Positions 30,430 through 39,937 of a stretch of 64,000 bases of DNA are shown here, piece by piece (position 1 is the first letter of the stretch; each line of letters starts with the position of its first letter). The stretch is from Bacteroidaceae bacterium (GTDB lineage: Bacteria > Bacteroidota > Bacteroidia > Bacteroidales > Bacteroidaceae), in NCBI GenBank assembly GCA_045640825.1, contig JAZUFR010000022.1:403-64402 (forward strand). Reading direction: 5' to 3'. The position numbers and the translations under genes were made by a program. The notes below the pieces were generated by a model. That model saw only the letters and a list, made by a program, of their open reading frames with translations, ran no database searches and was not told the DNA's origin.

Positions 30430-31266
30430 TCAGTTTACCCTCAGTGTCTGTCCAACCTTTATTACGGCATTCTTGGATATGCCGTTCAGCTTGCAGATAT
30501 TTGCCACCGACGTCTCGTTCTTCATTGCAATTCCTATCAGGGTATCCCCGCTCTTTACCTTGTAGTAAACCTCACGGGTATTCTTCTGATAGACATAATA
30601 GTCTGTAACCACTTTCTGGTTAGGGAAATCAAACATCTTGGCAGGATTGATGGCGTTACCCAGTATCCTTGTCTCAAAATGCAGATGTGAACCTGTTGAC
30701 CTTCCGGTATTTCCTCCCAGTCCTATAGGATCACCGGCATGGACAATATCGTTCTCCTCTACCAGTTTCTTTGACAGATGTCCGTAAACGGTCTCCAGTC
30801 CATTGGGATGCCTGAGTACCAGGTAGTGTCCGTATCCGTTCCTCTCATAACGCGATATACGTACCTTGCCGTCAAATGCCGCACGGATGGTATCGCCCTT
30901 GAGAACCTTGATGTCCAGCCCCAGGTGCAGACGTCCGCGCCATGAACGGTAGCCATAGGTATCGGTAATGCGGGTACTGTCTGTAGGCATGCAGTATCCT
31001 TTCATGGAGATTACCACGGAGTCTGGCATTGGAACGTTGTCAAACCTGTGCACATAACTGTTACTCCATTCGGGGTACAGGTAAGAGGCTGGATTATCCA
31101 GATCCACTGCCATACCTGCCGACAGATGCTTTGGCTCATCTACCCTTTCCATTGCCCGAACCGGCCTTACATGCGCAGGTTTTGCATCCTGAGCACCGGC
31201 CACTCCACACCACAGGCATAGAATCAGGGCTATTACGGAAAGTCTGTATGATTGTAAGAGCAACAT
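30430..31266 (-). CDS. M23 family peptidase with C-terminal LysM domain
   Basis: Signal peptide, M23 motifs (…HLGLDI…, GSHLHFE), C-terminal LysM (YKVKSGDTLIGIAMKNETSVANICKLNGI…). Confidence 0.85.
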   Translation of the reverse strand: MLLLQSYRLSVIALILCLWCGVAGAQDAKPAHVRPVRAMERVDEPKHLSAGMAVDLDNPASYLYPEWSNSYVHRFDNVPMPDSVVISMKGYCMPTDSTRITDTYGYRSWRGRLHLGLDIKVLKGDTIRAAFDGKVRISRYERNGYGHYLVLRHPNGLETVYGHLSKKLVEENDIVHAGDPIGLGGNTGRSTGSHLHFETRILGNAINPAKMFDFPNQKVVTDYYVYQKNTREVYYKVKSGDTLIGIAMKNETSVANICKLNGISKNAVIKVGQTLRVN

Positions 31267-31283
31267 CTTTTTATTTTATGTTG

Positions 31284-31291
31284 CAAAAATA
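31284..31291 (-). promoter_or_regulatory. -7 box TATTTTTG for the M23 peptidase gene
   Basis: Exact TAnnTTTG match, 18 nt upstream of the ATG at 31266. Confidence 0.45.
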
Positions 31292-31299
31292 GTCAATTG

Positions 31300-33396
31300 T
31301 CACGAAATTGAAGACCAGTCGTACTCACTTTTCTTGAGTGCCTTGAGTACGCGTAGCATCAATACATTCTCCGGCCTGGACAATTCAGGGTCGGCAGCCA
31401 CTATTGCACGGGCTATACCACGGGTATGCTCTATCAGCGCGCCGTCGCGTGCCAGGTTTGCCAGCTTAATGTCAAATGCAATACCACTCTGCTGTGTACC
31501 TTCCAGATCACCGGGACCACGGAGTTTAAGGTCTGCTTCGGCTATCTCAAACCCATCGGCCGTTGCACACATAATCTCAATGCGCTTGCGTGTATCCTCA
31601 GACAGCTGGTATGGGGTAATGAGCAGGCAGAACGACTGGTCTGCTCCACGGCCCACACGGCCACGCAGCTGATGCAGCTGGGACAGCCCAAACCTGTTGG
31701 CATTCTCAATGACCATGATGCTTGCATTAGGTACGTCAACACCAACCTCTATAACGGTGGTTGCAACCATTATCTGCGTCTCAGCATTCTTGAAACGCTG
31801 CATCTCGGCATCCTTCTCTGCCGGTTTCATGCGTCCGTGAACCTTGCTTACACTGTAGCCGGCAAACCGCTCACACACTACCCTGTAACCTTCCTCCAGA
31901 TTCTTAAGGTCTATCTTTTCGGACTCCTCTATGAGGGGGAATACAATATATGCCTGACGGCCTTTCTTTAACTCACGGTCCAGGAATGCATAGACCGATG
32001 TATGGTTCCCATCGTAATAATGCTCTGTCTGAATGGGCTTGCGACCGGGAGGCAGTTGGTCTATTACCGATACCTCCAGATCACCGTACAGTGTCATGGC
32101 CAGGGTACGCGGTATGGGAGTTGCAGTCATTACAAGCACATGCGGCGGCATCTGGCTCTTGGTCCACAGGCGGGCTCTCTGTGCCACTCCAAACCTGTGC
32201 TGCTCGTCTATCACAACAAAGCCTAGACGGCTAAACTCCACGTTGTCCTCAAGTACGGCATGGGTACTCACCAGAATATTCACGCTGCCATCGGCCAAAC
32301 CCTTGAGTATGGACTCGCGGCGTTTTCCCTTTACGCTGCCAGTGAGCAGTTCAACCCTCAGTCCCAGTCCGTCTGTAAATCGGGATATATTGGCATAATG
32401 CTGTTCAGACAGTATCTCAGTGGGAGCCATGATGCATGCCTGGAAGCCATTGTCTATTGCTATCAGCATGGTCATTACAGCCACCATGGTCTTTCCGCTG
32501 CCCACATCACCCTGAAGCAGGCGGTTCATCTGGATGCCGCTGCCCATATCGTTACGTATCTCACGGATTACACGTTTCTGTGCCTCCGTAAGGCTGAACG
32601 GCAGTTTCTCGTTGTAGAATCTGTTAAAACTCTCGCCAATCCTGGAAAACACGTAGCCCTTGAACCTGTTCTGCCTGTCACTTGCATAACGGGCCAGGTT
32701 AAGCTGAACATAGAACAGTTCCTCAAACTTAATCCTAAGCTGGGCCAGACGGAGTTCAAGCGGGGTATGAGGATTGTGTATAACCTTTAGCGCATCGGTA
32801 AGAGGCATAAGATGCTCCTTTTCCCTGAGCCACTCCGGCAGGGTCTCTGGCAGTGGCTGGACTATCAGCCCCATAAGGTTTCCTACCAGCTTGCGGATAG
32901 CCGTTGAGTTAAGGCCGGCCTTTTTCATTCTCTCCGTAGTGTTATAGTAGGGTTGCATACCCATCTCGGAAAGATTAAGGTTAGCCTCCAGGTCTATCTC
33001 CGGATGGGCTATGTTAACGCGTCCGCCAAATATGGTAGGCTTTCCAAATACCACATACTCCACACCGGGACGGTAACGGTCCAGGGTATATTTAATTCCG
33101 CTGAACCATACCAGGTCTGCCACGCCTGTGCCATCGGAGAAATGTGCCACAAGGCGCTGGCGACGGCCCTCGCCTATCTGTTCAAAGCTCAGGATGTGAC
33201 CTTTGAGCTGGATATAAGGCATAGTGCCGTCCACCTCCCTTATCTGGAAGATACGGCTACGGTCAATATATTTGTAAGGAAAGAAATAAAGCAGATCCTG
33301 CAGCGTAGATATCTGCAACTCGCTTTTAAGCAAGGCAGCCCTGGCCGGGCCAACGCCGGGCAGATACTTTACATCACGCTCGGATAAGTCAGGCAT
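31300..33396 (-). CDS. recG: ATP-dependent DNA helicase RecG
   Basis: 698 aa, Walker A GDVGSGKT, DEQHRFG box, wedge-domain N-terminus. Confidence 0.92.
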   Translation of the reverse strand: MPDLSERDVKYLPGVGPARAALLKSELQISTLQDLLYFFPYKYIDRSRIFQIREVDGTMPYIQLKGHILSFEQIGEGRRQRLVAHFSDGTGVADLVWFSGIKYTLDRYRPGVEYVVFGKPTIFGGRVNIAHPEIDLEANLNLSEMGMQPYYNTTERMKKAGLNSTAIRKLVGNLMGLIVQPLPETLPEWLREKEHLMPLTDALKVIHNPHTPLELRLAQLRIKFEELFYVQLNLARYASDRQNRFKGYVFSRIGESFNRFYNEKLPFSLTEAQKRVIREIRNDMGSGIQMNRLLQGDVGSGKTMVAVMTMLIAIDNGFQACIMAPTEILSEQHYANISRFTDGLGLRVELLTGSVKGKRRESILKGLADGSVNILVSTHAVLEDNVEFSRLGFVVIDEQHRFGVAQRARLWTKSQMPPHVLVMTATPIPRTLAMTLYGDLEVSVIDQLPPGRKPIQTEHYYDGNHTSVYAFLDRELKKGRQAYIVFPLIEESEKIDLKNLEEGYRVVCERFAGYSVSKVHGRMKPAEKDAEMQRFKNAETQIMVATTVIEVGVDVPNASIMVIENANRFGLSQLHQLRGRVGRGADQSFCLLITPYQLSEDTRKRIEIMCATADGFEIAEADLKLRGPGDLEGTQQSGIAFDIKLANLARDGALIEHTRGIARAIVAADPELSRPENVLMLRVLKALKKSEYDWSSIS

Positions 33397-33944
33397 CAGG
33401 CTTTTGGAAACATCATCTTGTTACAAACCGATGATACTGTCTCCGCGCCGCACAGCCTTTCTATAATGGTTTTGGCAAATTCTACCGCAGCAGCAGGACC
33501 GCATGCGGTAATCAGGTTGCCATCGGTCTCTACAAAACTACCTGTATAGATTGCATCGCCAAGCTGGGTCTCGCAACCCGGATAGCAGGTTACCCTGCGG
33601 CCACTCAGCAATCCATGGCCGCCCAGCACAGTGGGAGCAGCACAGATGGCAGCTACAGGAATATTCCTCTGCATTGCATCGGTGAGGAGTTTTTTAAGGT
33701 CCTTGTCCTTGCCTAGATTTGTTGCACCAGGCTGTCCTCCAGGCAGGATAAACATCTCGGCATCACTGAAATCGGTGTTCTCAAAAATGTCATCGGCCTG
33801 TACTGGGATTCCCTGGCTGCTCTTTACCAGGAACTCGTCGGTAATGGAGATTGTGTTTACCTCTACTCCGGCACGGATAAGCATGTCCAGGGGTGTAATA
33901 GTCTCTATTGCCTCAAATCCCTCTGCAAGGAATATATATACCAT
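33396..33944 (-). CDS. DJ-1/PfpI family protein
   Basis: MVYIFLAEGFEAIE… start (ATG 33944) and nucleophile-elbow Cys in AAICAAP. The track start at 34106 runs into tonB. Confidence 0.8.
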   Translation of the reverse strand: MVYIFLAEGFEAIETITPLDMLIRAGVEVNTISITDEFLVKSSQGIPVQADDIFENTDFSDAEMFILPGGQPGATNLGKDKDLKKLLTDAMQRNIPVAAICAAPTVLGGHGLLSGRRVTCYPGCETQLGDAIYTGSFVETDGNLITACGPAAAVEFAKTIIERLCGAETVSSVCNKMMFPKA

Positions 33945-33945
33945 G

Positions 33946-34746
33946 TTATTTAAGTTTAAAGTAGTAAGTAATTGAACCAGACTGGTTCTCATTGCCTGAG
34001 CTCTGGTTGAACTTGGTCCGCTTGGCAGCCTCAATTGCAGCACTGCGGAGCTGTGCATTTGTAGTATTGGTCCTGTTATTGATTCTGGTATCAATGACAT
34101 TGCCATCGGGGTCTACGGTAATTGTAACAACCACACGTCCTTCCTCCTGAATACCGTTATATGCCGGACGCGGCAGTTCTCCCATCATGTCACGGCCTCC
34201 CAGATCCCATGATCCGTATCCTCCAACGCCGCTTGTCTTGCCCTGGGTACTGTTACCCTGTTCCGATCCCGGAGTACCCACAGCATCGTTATTGTTCTCT
34301 GTTGGAGTACTTGCCTGCATGGTACTGCTCTTTCCAAAAGCACCGGCCATAAGGTTCTGGGCAGCCTGGGCAGCCTGACGTTCCTGTTCAGCACGGATTT
34401 CCTCTGGAGTAGGCTGTTTGGGTTCCTCCACCTTCTTGACAGGTTTTTCCTTTTCACCGCTCTCTATAGCCACGGTCTCCTCCAGGTTCTGGGTAATATT
34501 GGGCTCAGCCTGAGGGGCTGGCGGGACAGGAGTGGTAACCGGGGCGGGGGCGGGGGCTGAGTTAACCTCGGTAAACTCATAGTCCGTGTCCAGGTTTCCC
34601 ATGTTGCCAAGCATTACGGGCACACCGCTCTCAGCCTGTGCCACTGGTCTGTTCAGGTGCAACAGCAACAACAGTCCTATTGCTGCCGCGTGTACCAGCA
34701 GTGTCCAGAGAAATGAGAATATGTCAAAATCCCGTTCCTTCTTCAT
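33946..34746 (-). CDS. tonB: energy transducer TonB
   Basis: N-terminal anchor, Pro-rich spacer APAPAPVTTPVPPAPQAEP, C-terminal TonB-type domain. Directly downstream of exbB-exbD. Confidence 0.85.
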   Translation of the reverse strand: MKKERDFDIFSFLWTLLVHAAAIGLLLLLHLNRPVAQAESGVPVMLGNMGNLDTDYEFTEVNSAPAPAPVTTPVPPAPQAEPNITQNLEETVAIESGEKEKPVKKVEEPKQPTPEEIRAEQERQAAQAAQNLMAGAFGKSSTMQASTPTENNNDAVGTPGSEQGNSTQGKTSGVGGYGSWDLGGRDMMGELPRPAYNGIQEEGRVVVTITVDPDGNVIDTRINNRTNTTNAQLRSAAIEAAKRTKFNQSSGNENQSGSITYYFKLK

Positions 34747-34754
34747 GGCAGGAA

Positions 34755-35168
34755 TTACTTTCTGTCGGGCTTGCGGGTAGCAAGCACAACCTTGAACTGG
34801 TTCTCATTTGCAATATTGAGCACCTTTACAATCTCCTTGTAAGGTACTGACTCATCGGCATATAAAGCCACATACATTTCCGGTTCCTTAAGTGAGCAGT
34901 CAATCAGGAAATCTGTGAGCTCATCAAAAAAGATTGGCATCTCGTCATCGGCCCCGAAAGCTGTATAGTAGTTCAGGTCACGGTCTATAATGACACGGGT
35001 AAGCGGTTTGGCCGATGTCTGCTGCGAGCTCTGCGGCAACAGCACCTTGATGGCGTTAGGGCTCACCATGGTCGATGTAATCATAAAGAATATCAGCAGC
35101 AGGAATATGATGTCGGTCATAGACGACATGCTGAACTGCGGCGATACCTCGTTTCTCCTTTTCAGCAT
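34755..35168 (-). CDS. exbD: biopolymer transporter ExbD
   Basis: 137 aa with a single N-terminal TM (MTDIIFLLLIFFMI) and ExbD/TolR-like sequence. Confidence 0.85.
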   Translation of the reverse strand: MLKRRNEVSPQFSMSSMTDIIFLLLIFFMITSTMVSPNAIKVLLPQSSQQTSAKPLTRVIIDRDLNYYTAFGADDEMPIFFDELTDFLIDCSLKEPEMYVALYADESVPYKEIVKVLNIANENQFKVVLATRKPDRK

Positions 35169-35169
35169 A

Positions 35170-35874
35170 TTACTTCTTCTCCAGATTTACGGTAAAATCC
35201 TGAATAAAAGTCTCCATCTCGTTGGCAATACTATCCACACGTGCTACAAGCCAGTTATAGGCAAACAGTGCAATAATACCTACAATCAGACCGCCTACGG
35301 TGGTAATCATAGCCTCATAAATACCGCCAGACAGCAATGACACGTCAATATTGTTACCGGCATTAGACATCTCCCAGAATGCACGTACCATACCTATAAC
35401 GGTACCCAGGAATCCTATCATGGGAGCTGCACTGGCAATTGTAGAAAGTCCCTTGAGTCCCTTCTCAAGATTGGCAATCTCCACGTTTGCAGTATTCTCC
35501 ATACCCATCTGTATATCCTTGGGGTCATGGTCGGCCAGGCTTATACCCTTCTCTACAATACGGCTCAGGGGTGATGCTGTAGCCTGGCAGAAAATGATTG
35601 CAGACTTGGTTTCTCCATTCTTCATGTAATCGTTTATGCGGTCCATGAAATGGGGATCCTTGATAGCAGCCTTGCGGTACACTGCTATACGGTTAAAAAA
35701 GATATAGAAACATACTGCAGAAAGCAGCAACAGGACCAGCATGATCCAGCCGCCCTTGCAGGCCATCTCAAAAAGGTTCATCTTCTGGGCCGAATTGCCG
35801 GCCATTTCTACTAATGTCTGGCCCTGAGCCATTGTATCGCCCAAAGCCTGTGTAAGAGTTGCCTGTAAAAACAT
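35170..35874 (-). CDS. exbB: MotA/TolQ/ExbB proton channel protein
   Basis: 3-TM ExbB-like protein. ATG at 35874 preferred over the track's TTG at 35880. Confidence 0.85.
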   Translation of the reverse strand: MFLQATLTQALGDTMAQGQTLVEMAGNSAQKMNLFEMACKGGWIMLVLLLLSAVCFYIFFNRIAVYRKAAIKDPHFMDRINDYMKNGETKSAIIFCQATASPLSRIVEKGISLADHDPKDIQMGMENTANVEIANLEKGLKGLSTIASAAPMIGFLGTVIGMVRAFWEMSNAGNNIDVSLLSGGIYEAMITTVGGLIVGIIALFAYNWLVARVDSIANEMETFIQDFTVNLEKK

Positions 35875-35884
35875 ATTCAAATAG

Positions 35885-36601
35885 TTATTTTATGCAGTTC
35901 TTATATTCTGTTATTGTTCTCTCCAATCCAAGATAGAGGGCATCGCACACAAGTGCGTGTCCTATGGAAACCTCGTCTATCCATGGAATCATTTCCTTAA
36001 GGTACTTAAGGTTTACCAGACTCAGGTCATGTCCGGCATTAAGTCCCAGTCCACATGCCCTTGCCTGACGGGCAGCCTCCAGGAATGGCTTTACAGCTAT
36101 CTCTGGGGTCTTTTTTATGTAATCAGTGGCATAAGGTTCAGTGTAGAGTTCCACTCTGTCGGCACCTGCCTTGGCTGCCAGCTCAACCATCCTTGGATCT
36201 GCATCAACAAAGACCGATGCCCTGATGGATTTCTCCCTTAGAGCAGCTATTATCTCTGTCAGGAATTCCTGGTTTGCCATAGTATCCCAGCCATGATTAG
36301 AGGTAATCTGGTCTGGAGAATCCGGAACAAGCGTTACCTGTGCAGGCTTGACCTTGAGTACAAGGTCCATAAACTCAGGTGCAGGGTAACCCTCTATATT
36401 GAATTCTGTTGTAAGAACCTGTTTTAAATCCAGCACATCCTGATGCTTTATATGACGTTCGTCGGGTCTGGGATGGACCGTAATTCCATCGGCTCCAAAC
36501 CTCTCACAGTCAAGTGCAACCTTAACAACATCAGGGTTATTACCGCCCCTGGCATTTCTTATGGTGGCTATCTTATTGATATTTACGCTCAATCTGGTCA
36601 T
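35885..36601 (-). CDS. pdxJ: pyridoxine 5'-phosphate synthase
   Basis: 238 aa with N-terminus [16 protein letters not shown] typical of PdxJ. Confidence 0.9.
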   Translation of the reverse strand: MTRLSVNINKIATIRNARGGNNPDVVKVALDCERFGADGITVHPRPDERHIKHQDVLDLKQVLTTEFNIEGYPAPEFMDLVLKVKPAQVTLVPDSPDQITSNHGWDTMANQEFLTEIIAALREKSIRASVFVDADPRMVELAAKAGADRVELYTEPYATDYIKKTPEIAVKPFLEAARQARACGLGLNAGHDLSLVNLKYLKEMIPWIDEVSIGHALVCDALYLGLERTITEYKNCIK

Positions 36602-36630
36602 ATGGTTCTTACTCTAAGAAAAAAATCCCT

Positions 36631-36638
36631 TATCTTTG
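36631..36638 (+). promoter_or_regulatory. -7 box TATCTTTG (nadK side of divergent promoter region)
   Basis: Exact TAnnTTTG match, 64 nt upstream of the nadK ATG. Confidence 0.4.
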
Positions 36639-36647
36639 CCTTGTCAG

Positions 36648-36655
36648 CAAAGGTA
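36648..36655 (-). promoter_or_regulatory. -7 box TACCTTTG (pdxJ side of divergent promoter region)
   Basis: Exact TAnnTTTG match on the minus strand, 47 nt upstream of the pdxJ ATG. The two facing boxes create the inverted repeat CTTTGC…GCAAAG. Confidence 0.4.
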
Positions 36656-36701
36656 ACAATAAATCACATCACCTTGTTGATAAACAAAGAGAATTTAGCA
36701 T

Positions 36702-37574
36702 ATGCGTTTTGCAATATTCGGCAATCCATCACCGGCCAAAGTGCTGGGCTGCGAGCAGGAACTGCTCAGCCTGATACAGTCATTGGGCAACAGTTATCTT
36801 ATAGAGAGTTCATACTTTGACTTTCTTACCAATACCGTAAAGCTGGAAATAAACCCTGCCTACAGACTGGAAGGTACTGATTTCCAGGCCGATGTAGTTA
36901 TAAGCATAGGTGGAGACGGTACCTTGCTGCGCACGGCTGCACGCATAGGTGTAAAAGGAATACCCATGGTTGGTATAAACAGCGGACGTCTTGGTTTCCT
37001 GGCCGATATAACCGCAGACCACATGGAACAGGCCATACGCATGATTCACCAGGGCCAGTACACCCTGCAGGAGCGTCATCTCTTACAGCTCAGCATGGCT
37101 GGAATACCATACGGACATACTCCATACGCCCTGAATGACATTGCTATCCTTAAGCATGACATATCATCAATGATATCCATTGCAACCAGCATAGACAACA
37201 CACCGCTCATTACATATCAGGCCGACGGACTGGTAGTTGCCACTCCAACCGGTTCAACTGCATACTCTCTGAGCGTGGGTGGCCCCATTGTTGCCCCGGG
37301 AGCACAGGTCAATGTACTTACCCCGGTTGCGCCCCACAGTCTGACCATGCGCCCCATAGTCCTGCCCAATGACAGGACAATAAGCCTGGATGTAAGCAGC
37401 CGTAGCCACAGTTTCCTCATATCGATAGACGGAAACAGTTTTAGTTGCCACGAACACACCCCTCTGGAGGTTACACAAGCCCCATTCTCAATAAAACTCA
37501 TAAGGCTGCAGGACTCCGATTTCTACTCCACCCTTAGACAGAAAATGCTCTGGGGCACAGATTCCCGCAAGTAA
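36702..37574 (+). CDS. nadK: NAD kinase
   Basis: 290 aa with the GGDGTLL motif. Confidence 0.9.
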   Translation: MRFAIFGNPSPAKVLGCEQELLSLIQSLGNSYLIESSYFDFLTNTVKLEINPAYRLEGTDFQADVVISIGGDGTLLRTAARIGVKGIPMVGINSGRLGFLADITADHMEQAIRMIHQGQYTLQERHLLQLSMAGIPYGHTPYALNDIAILKHDISSMISIATSIDNTPLITYQADGLVVATPTGSTAYSLSVGGPIVAPGAQVNVLTPVAPHSLTMRPIVLPNDRTISLDVSSRSHSFLISIDGNSFSCHEHTPLEVTQAPFSIKLIRLQDSDFYSTLRQKMLWGTDSRK

Positions 37575-37576
37575 GA

Positions 37577-37608
37577 CAAAAAAGCCGACCTTGAATGTCG
37601 GCTTTTTA
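37577..37608. terminator. bidirectional intrinsic terminator between convergent nadK and argD
   Basis: Stem AGCCGAC (37583-37589) / GTCGGCT (37597-37603), flanked by an A-run and a T-run. Confidence 0.7.
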
Positions 37609-38733
37609 CTATTTAAGGAGTTTGCTGTAGCTTTCCAGGAATCTGTCTGCATCCTGCCTGGTTATGCAGAGAGGCGGGAGCAGCCTTATTACGTTTGTTC
37701 CACTTACGCCCGTAAAGATATGCTCCTCAAAGAGCAGCCTGCGCCTGAGTTCCTTGATAGGCTCCTCAAATTCCATGCCTATCATGAGACCGCGTCCGCG
37801 CACCTCCTTGGGACCCTTTATTCCACGCAGTTCGGATAGCAGATACTCACCTACGTTGTAAGCATTCTCCACCAGGTTCTCCTGCTCAATGACATCCAGT
37901 ACGGCAGTTGCTGCAGCGCATGCCAGATGGTTACCTCCAAAAGTTGTGCCCAGCTGGCCAATCACTGGAGTAAACATTGGGCTTATAAGGAGTCCTGCAC
38001 ATGGCAGACCATTTGCAATACCCTTGGCCACAGTAATCAGATCGGGTCTTACTCCGTTGTACTGATGTGCAAAGAACTTTCCGCTACGACCATATCCGCT
38101 CTGGATCTCATCAAGAATGAATACGGTACCATTCTCTGTACAAGCCTTGCGCAATCCCTGCATGTATTCATCGGTAGGAACCTGAATTCCGCCCACACCC
38201 TGTATGCCTTCTATTATAAGAGCTGCTACATCGCCCTTGGCAAGCTCTGCTTTTGCAGCCTCAAGATCATTCCAGGGCAGGTATGTAATATGACCGCAGG
38301 CATTTATAGGAGCTATGATCTTAGGATTGTCAGTAGCCTCTACTGCCAGCGATGTACGTCCGTGGAATGCCTTCTTGAGAGACAGGACACGGCTTCTGCC
38401 TGTATGGAAGGATGCCAGCTTAAGGGCATTCTCATTAGCCTCGGCTCCACTGTTGATCATAAAGAAGCTGTAATCCTCATAACCGGAGATCTTGCCAAGA
38501 CGCTCAGCAAAATTCTCCTGCAGCTTGTTGATCACTGAGTTGGAGTAGAAACCCAGGGTTGCAACCTGACGGCTTATTGCCTCAACATAATGCGGATGTG
38601 CATGACCAATGCTTATAACAGCATGGCCACCATACAGGTCAAGATATTCCTGACCGTTTTCATCCCATACTTTCTGTCCCTGTCCCTTTACTATGTTAAC
38701 GGGAAACAGGCTGTATACATCAAATAACTTCAT
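37609..38733 (-). CDS. argD: acetylornithine-type (class III) aminotransferase
   Basis: Class-III PLP enzyme with the DEIQSGYGRSG motif, in the arg operon. ATG at 38733 (MKLFDVY…) preferred over the track's TTG at 38742. Confidence 0.85.
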   Translation of the reverse strand: MKLFDVYSLFPVNIVKGQGQKVWDENGQEYLDLYGGHAVISIGHAHPHYVEAISRQVATLGFYSNSVINKLQENFAERLGKISGYEDYSFFMINSGAEANENALKLASFHTGRSRVLSLKKAFHGRTSLAVEATDNPKIIAPINACGHITYLPWNDLEAAKAELAKGDVAALIIEGIQGVGGIQVPTDEYMQGLRKACTENGTVFILDEIQSGYGRSGKFFAHQYNGVRPDLITVAKGIANGLPCAGLLISPMFTPVIGQLGTTFGGNHLACAAATAVLDVIEQENLVENAYNVGEYLLSELRGIKGPKEVRGRGLMIGMEFEEPIKELRRRLLFEEHIFTGVSGTNVIRLLPPLCITRQDADRFLESYSKLLK

Positions 38734-38748
38734 GCTCTGCAAGTATTA

Positions 38749-39717
38749 TCAAAAGCCCGATGGCTTGAGCATCAGGCCGGTTGTCTCCTTAAGATTGAAC
38801 AGCAGGTTCATGTTATGCACTGCAGTACCGCTGGCGCCCTTGAGAAGATTGTCTATACACGATACTACAAGTAACTTGTCCTCGTGCTTTTCCAGATGGA
38901 TAAGGCACTTGTTGGTATTGATAACCTGCTTAAGGTCTATAGGCTCCTCAACAACATGTACAAAAGAATCTGCCTCGTAGTACTCACGGTAAATACGGTA
39001 CAGTTCATCTATGCCTACGGCATTCTTGACCACTGCAGTTGCATATATTCCACGGGCAAAATCTCCACGGTACGGAATAAATGTAATATCAGAATCAAAA
39101 CTGCTCTGCAAATGTCTGATAGACTGTTTTATCTCAGGCAGATGCTGATGCACGAAAGGCTTGTAGATGCTTATGTTATCGGTCCTCCAGCTAAAATGTG
39201 TGGTTGCACCTGGCTTAACACCTGCGCCTGTGCTGCCGGTAATGGCATTCACATACACATCATCGTTAAGCATCAGGTTCTTGGCAAGAGGCAGAAGTGC
39301 CAGCTGTATGGCAGTGGCAAAACAGCCCGGATTGGCTACATACTGGCTCTTGCAGATGGCACGGCGGTTCAGCTCCGGAAGTCCGTAAATGAACTTGTTG
39401 TCATCGGACTCAAGACGATAGTCCATGGAAAGGTCAATAACCTTGAGGTTCTCAGGGAGTGTATTGGCTTCCATGAACTTCTTAGTGTCACCATGGGCGG
39501 TGCAGAAAAACAGCACGTCAATGGTGTCCAGAGGCAACTGGTCAGTAAAGACCATTTCAGTCTCGCCTATCAGGCCCCCATGCACGGCACTCAGCTTATT
39601 GCCGGCATTACTGGTGCTGTTTACGAATACCAACTCAGCGTCTGGATGATTGAGCAGAATACGAATCAGTTCGCCTGCAGTATAACCGGCGCCGCCTATG
39701 ATTCCTACTTTTATCAT
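38749..39717 (-). CDS. argC: N-acetyl-gamma-glutamyl-phosphate reductase
   Basis: MIKVGIIGGAGYTAGE… Rossmann N-terminus and active-site NPGCFATA. The track start at 39744 is an extension. Confidence 0.9.
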   Translation of the reverse strand: MIKVGIIGGAGYTAGELIRILLNHPDAELVFVNSTSNAGNKLSAVHGGLIGETEMVFTDQLPLDTIDVLFFCTAHGDTKKFMEANTLPENLKVIDLSMDYRLESDDNKFIYGLPELNRRAICKSQYVANPGCFATAIQLALLPLAKNLMLNDDVYVNAITGSTGAGVKPGATTHFSWRTDNISIYKPFVHQHLPEIKQSIRHLQSSFDSDITFIPYRGDFARGIYATAVVKNAVGIDELYRIYREYYEADSFVHVVEEPIDLKQVINTNKCLIHLEKHEDKLLVVSCIDNLLKGASGTAVHNMNLLFNLKETTGLMLKPSGF

Positions 39718-39902
39718 TTCTGTACAGGCATTATGAGTGCGCAAATCAGATATGCAAGCAGGCCACCGCCAAATACGAACATCAGCAGAAGGAATATAAG
39801 ACGCATGATTGTAACATCAAGGTCAAAATAAGCTGCAAGTCCTGCGCATACACCACATATTTTCTTGTTCTCGCTTGAACGGTAGAGTTTCTTTTCTCCC
39901 AT
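39714..39902 (-). CDS. PspC domain-containing small membrane protein
   Basis: 62 aa. KKLYRSSENKKICGVCAGLAAYFDLDVTIMRLIFLLLMF… is a typical PspC domain plus one TM. Its stop overlaps the argC start in ATGA. Confidence 0.8.
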   Translation of the reverse strand: MGEKKLYRSSENKKICGVCAGLAAYFDLDVTIMRLIFLLLMFVFGGGLLAYLICALIMPVQK

Positions 39903-39937
39903 AATAGTAATCTTTTAAATTATTAAGTAATAAGTTA

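Noticed and set aside
38884-39831. Long antisense ORFs in the track. Examples: 38884-39831 (315 aa), 62185-63093 (302 aa), 42773-43630 (285 aa), 50153-50968 (271 aa), 16477-17238 (253 aa), 18742-19476 (244 aa), 28870-29568 (232 aa), 46919-47599 (226 aa).
   Set aside because: Each lies entirely inside, and antisense to, a gene with strong family motifs. Their translations are low-complexity with no recognisable motifs. Such shadow ORFs are expected at ~50% GC.
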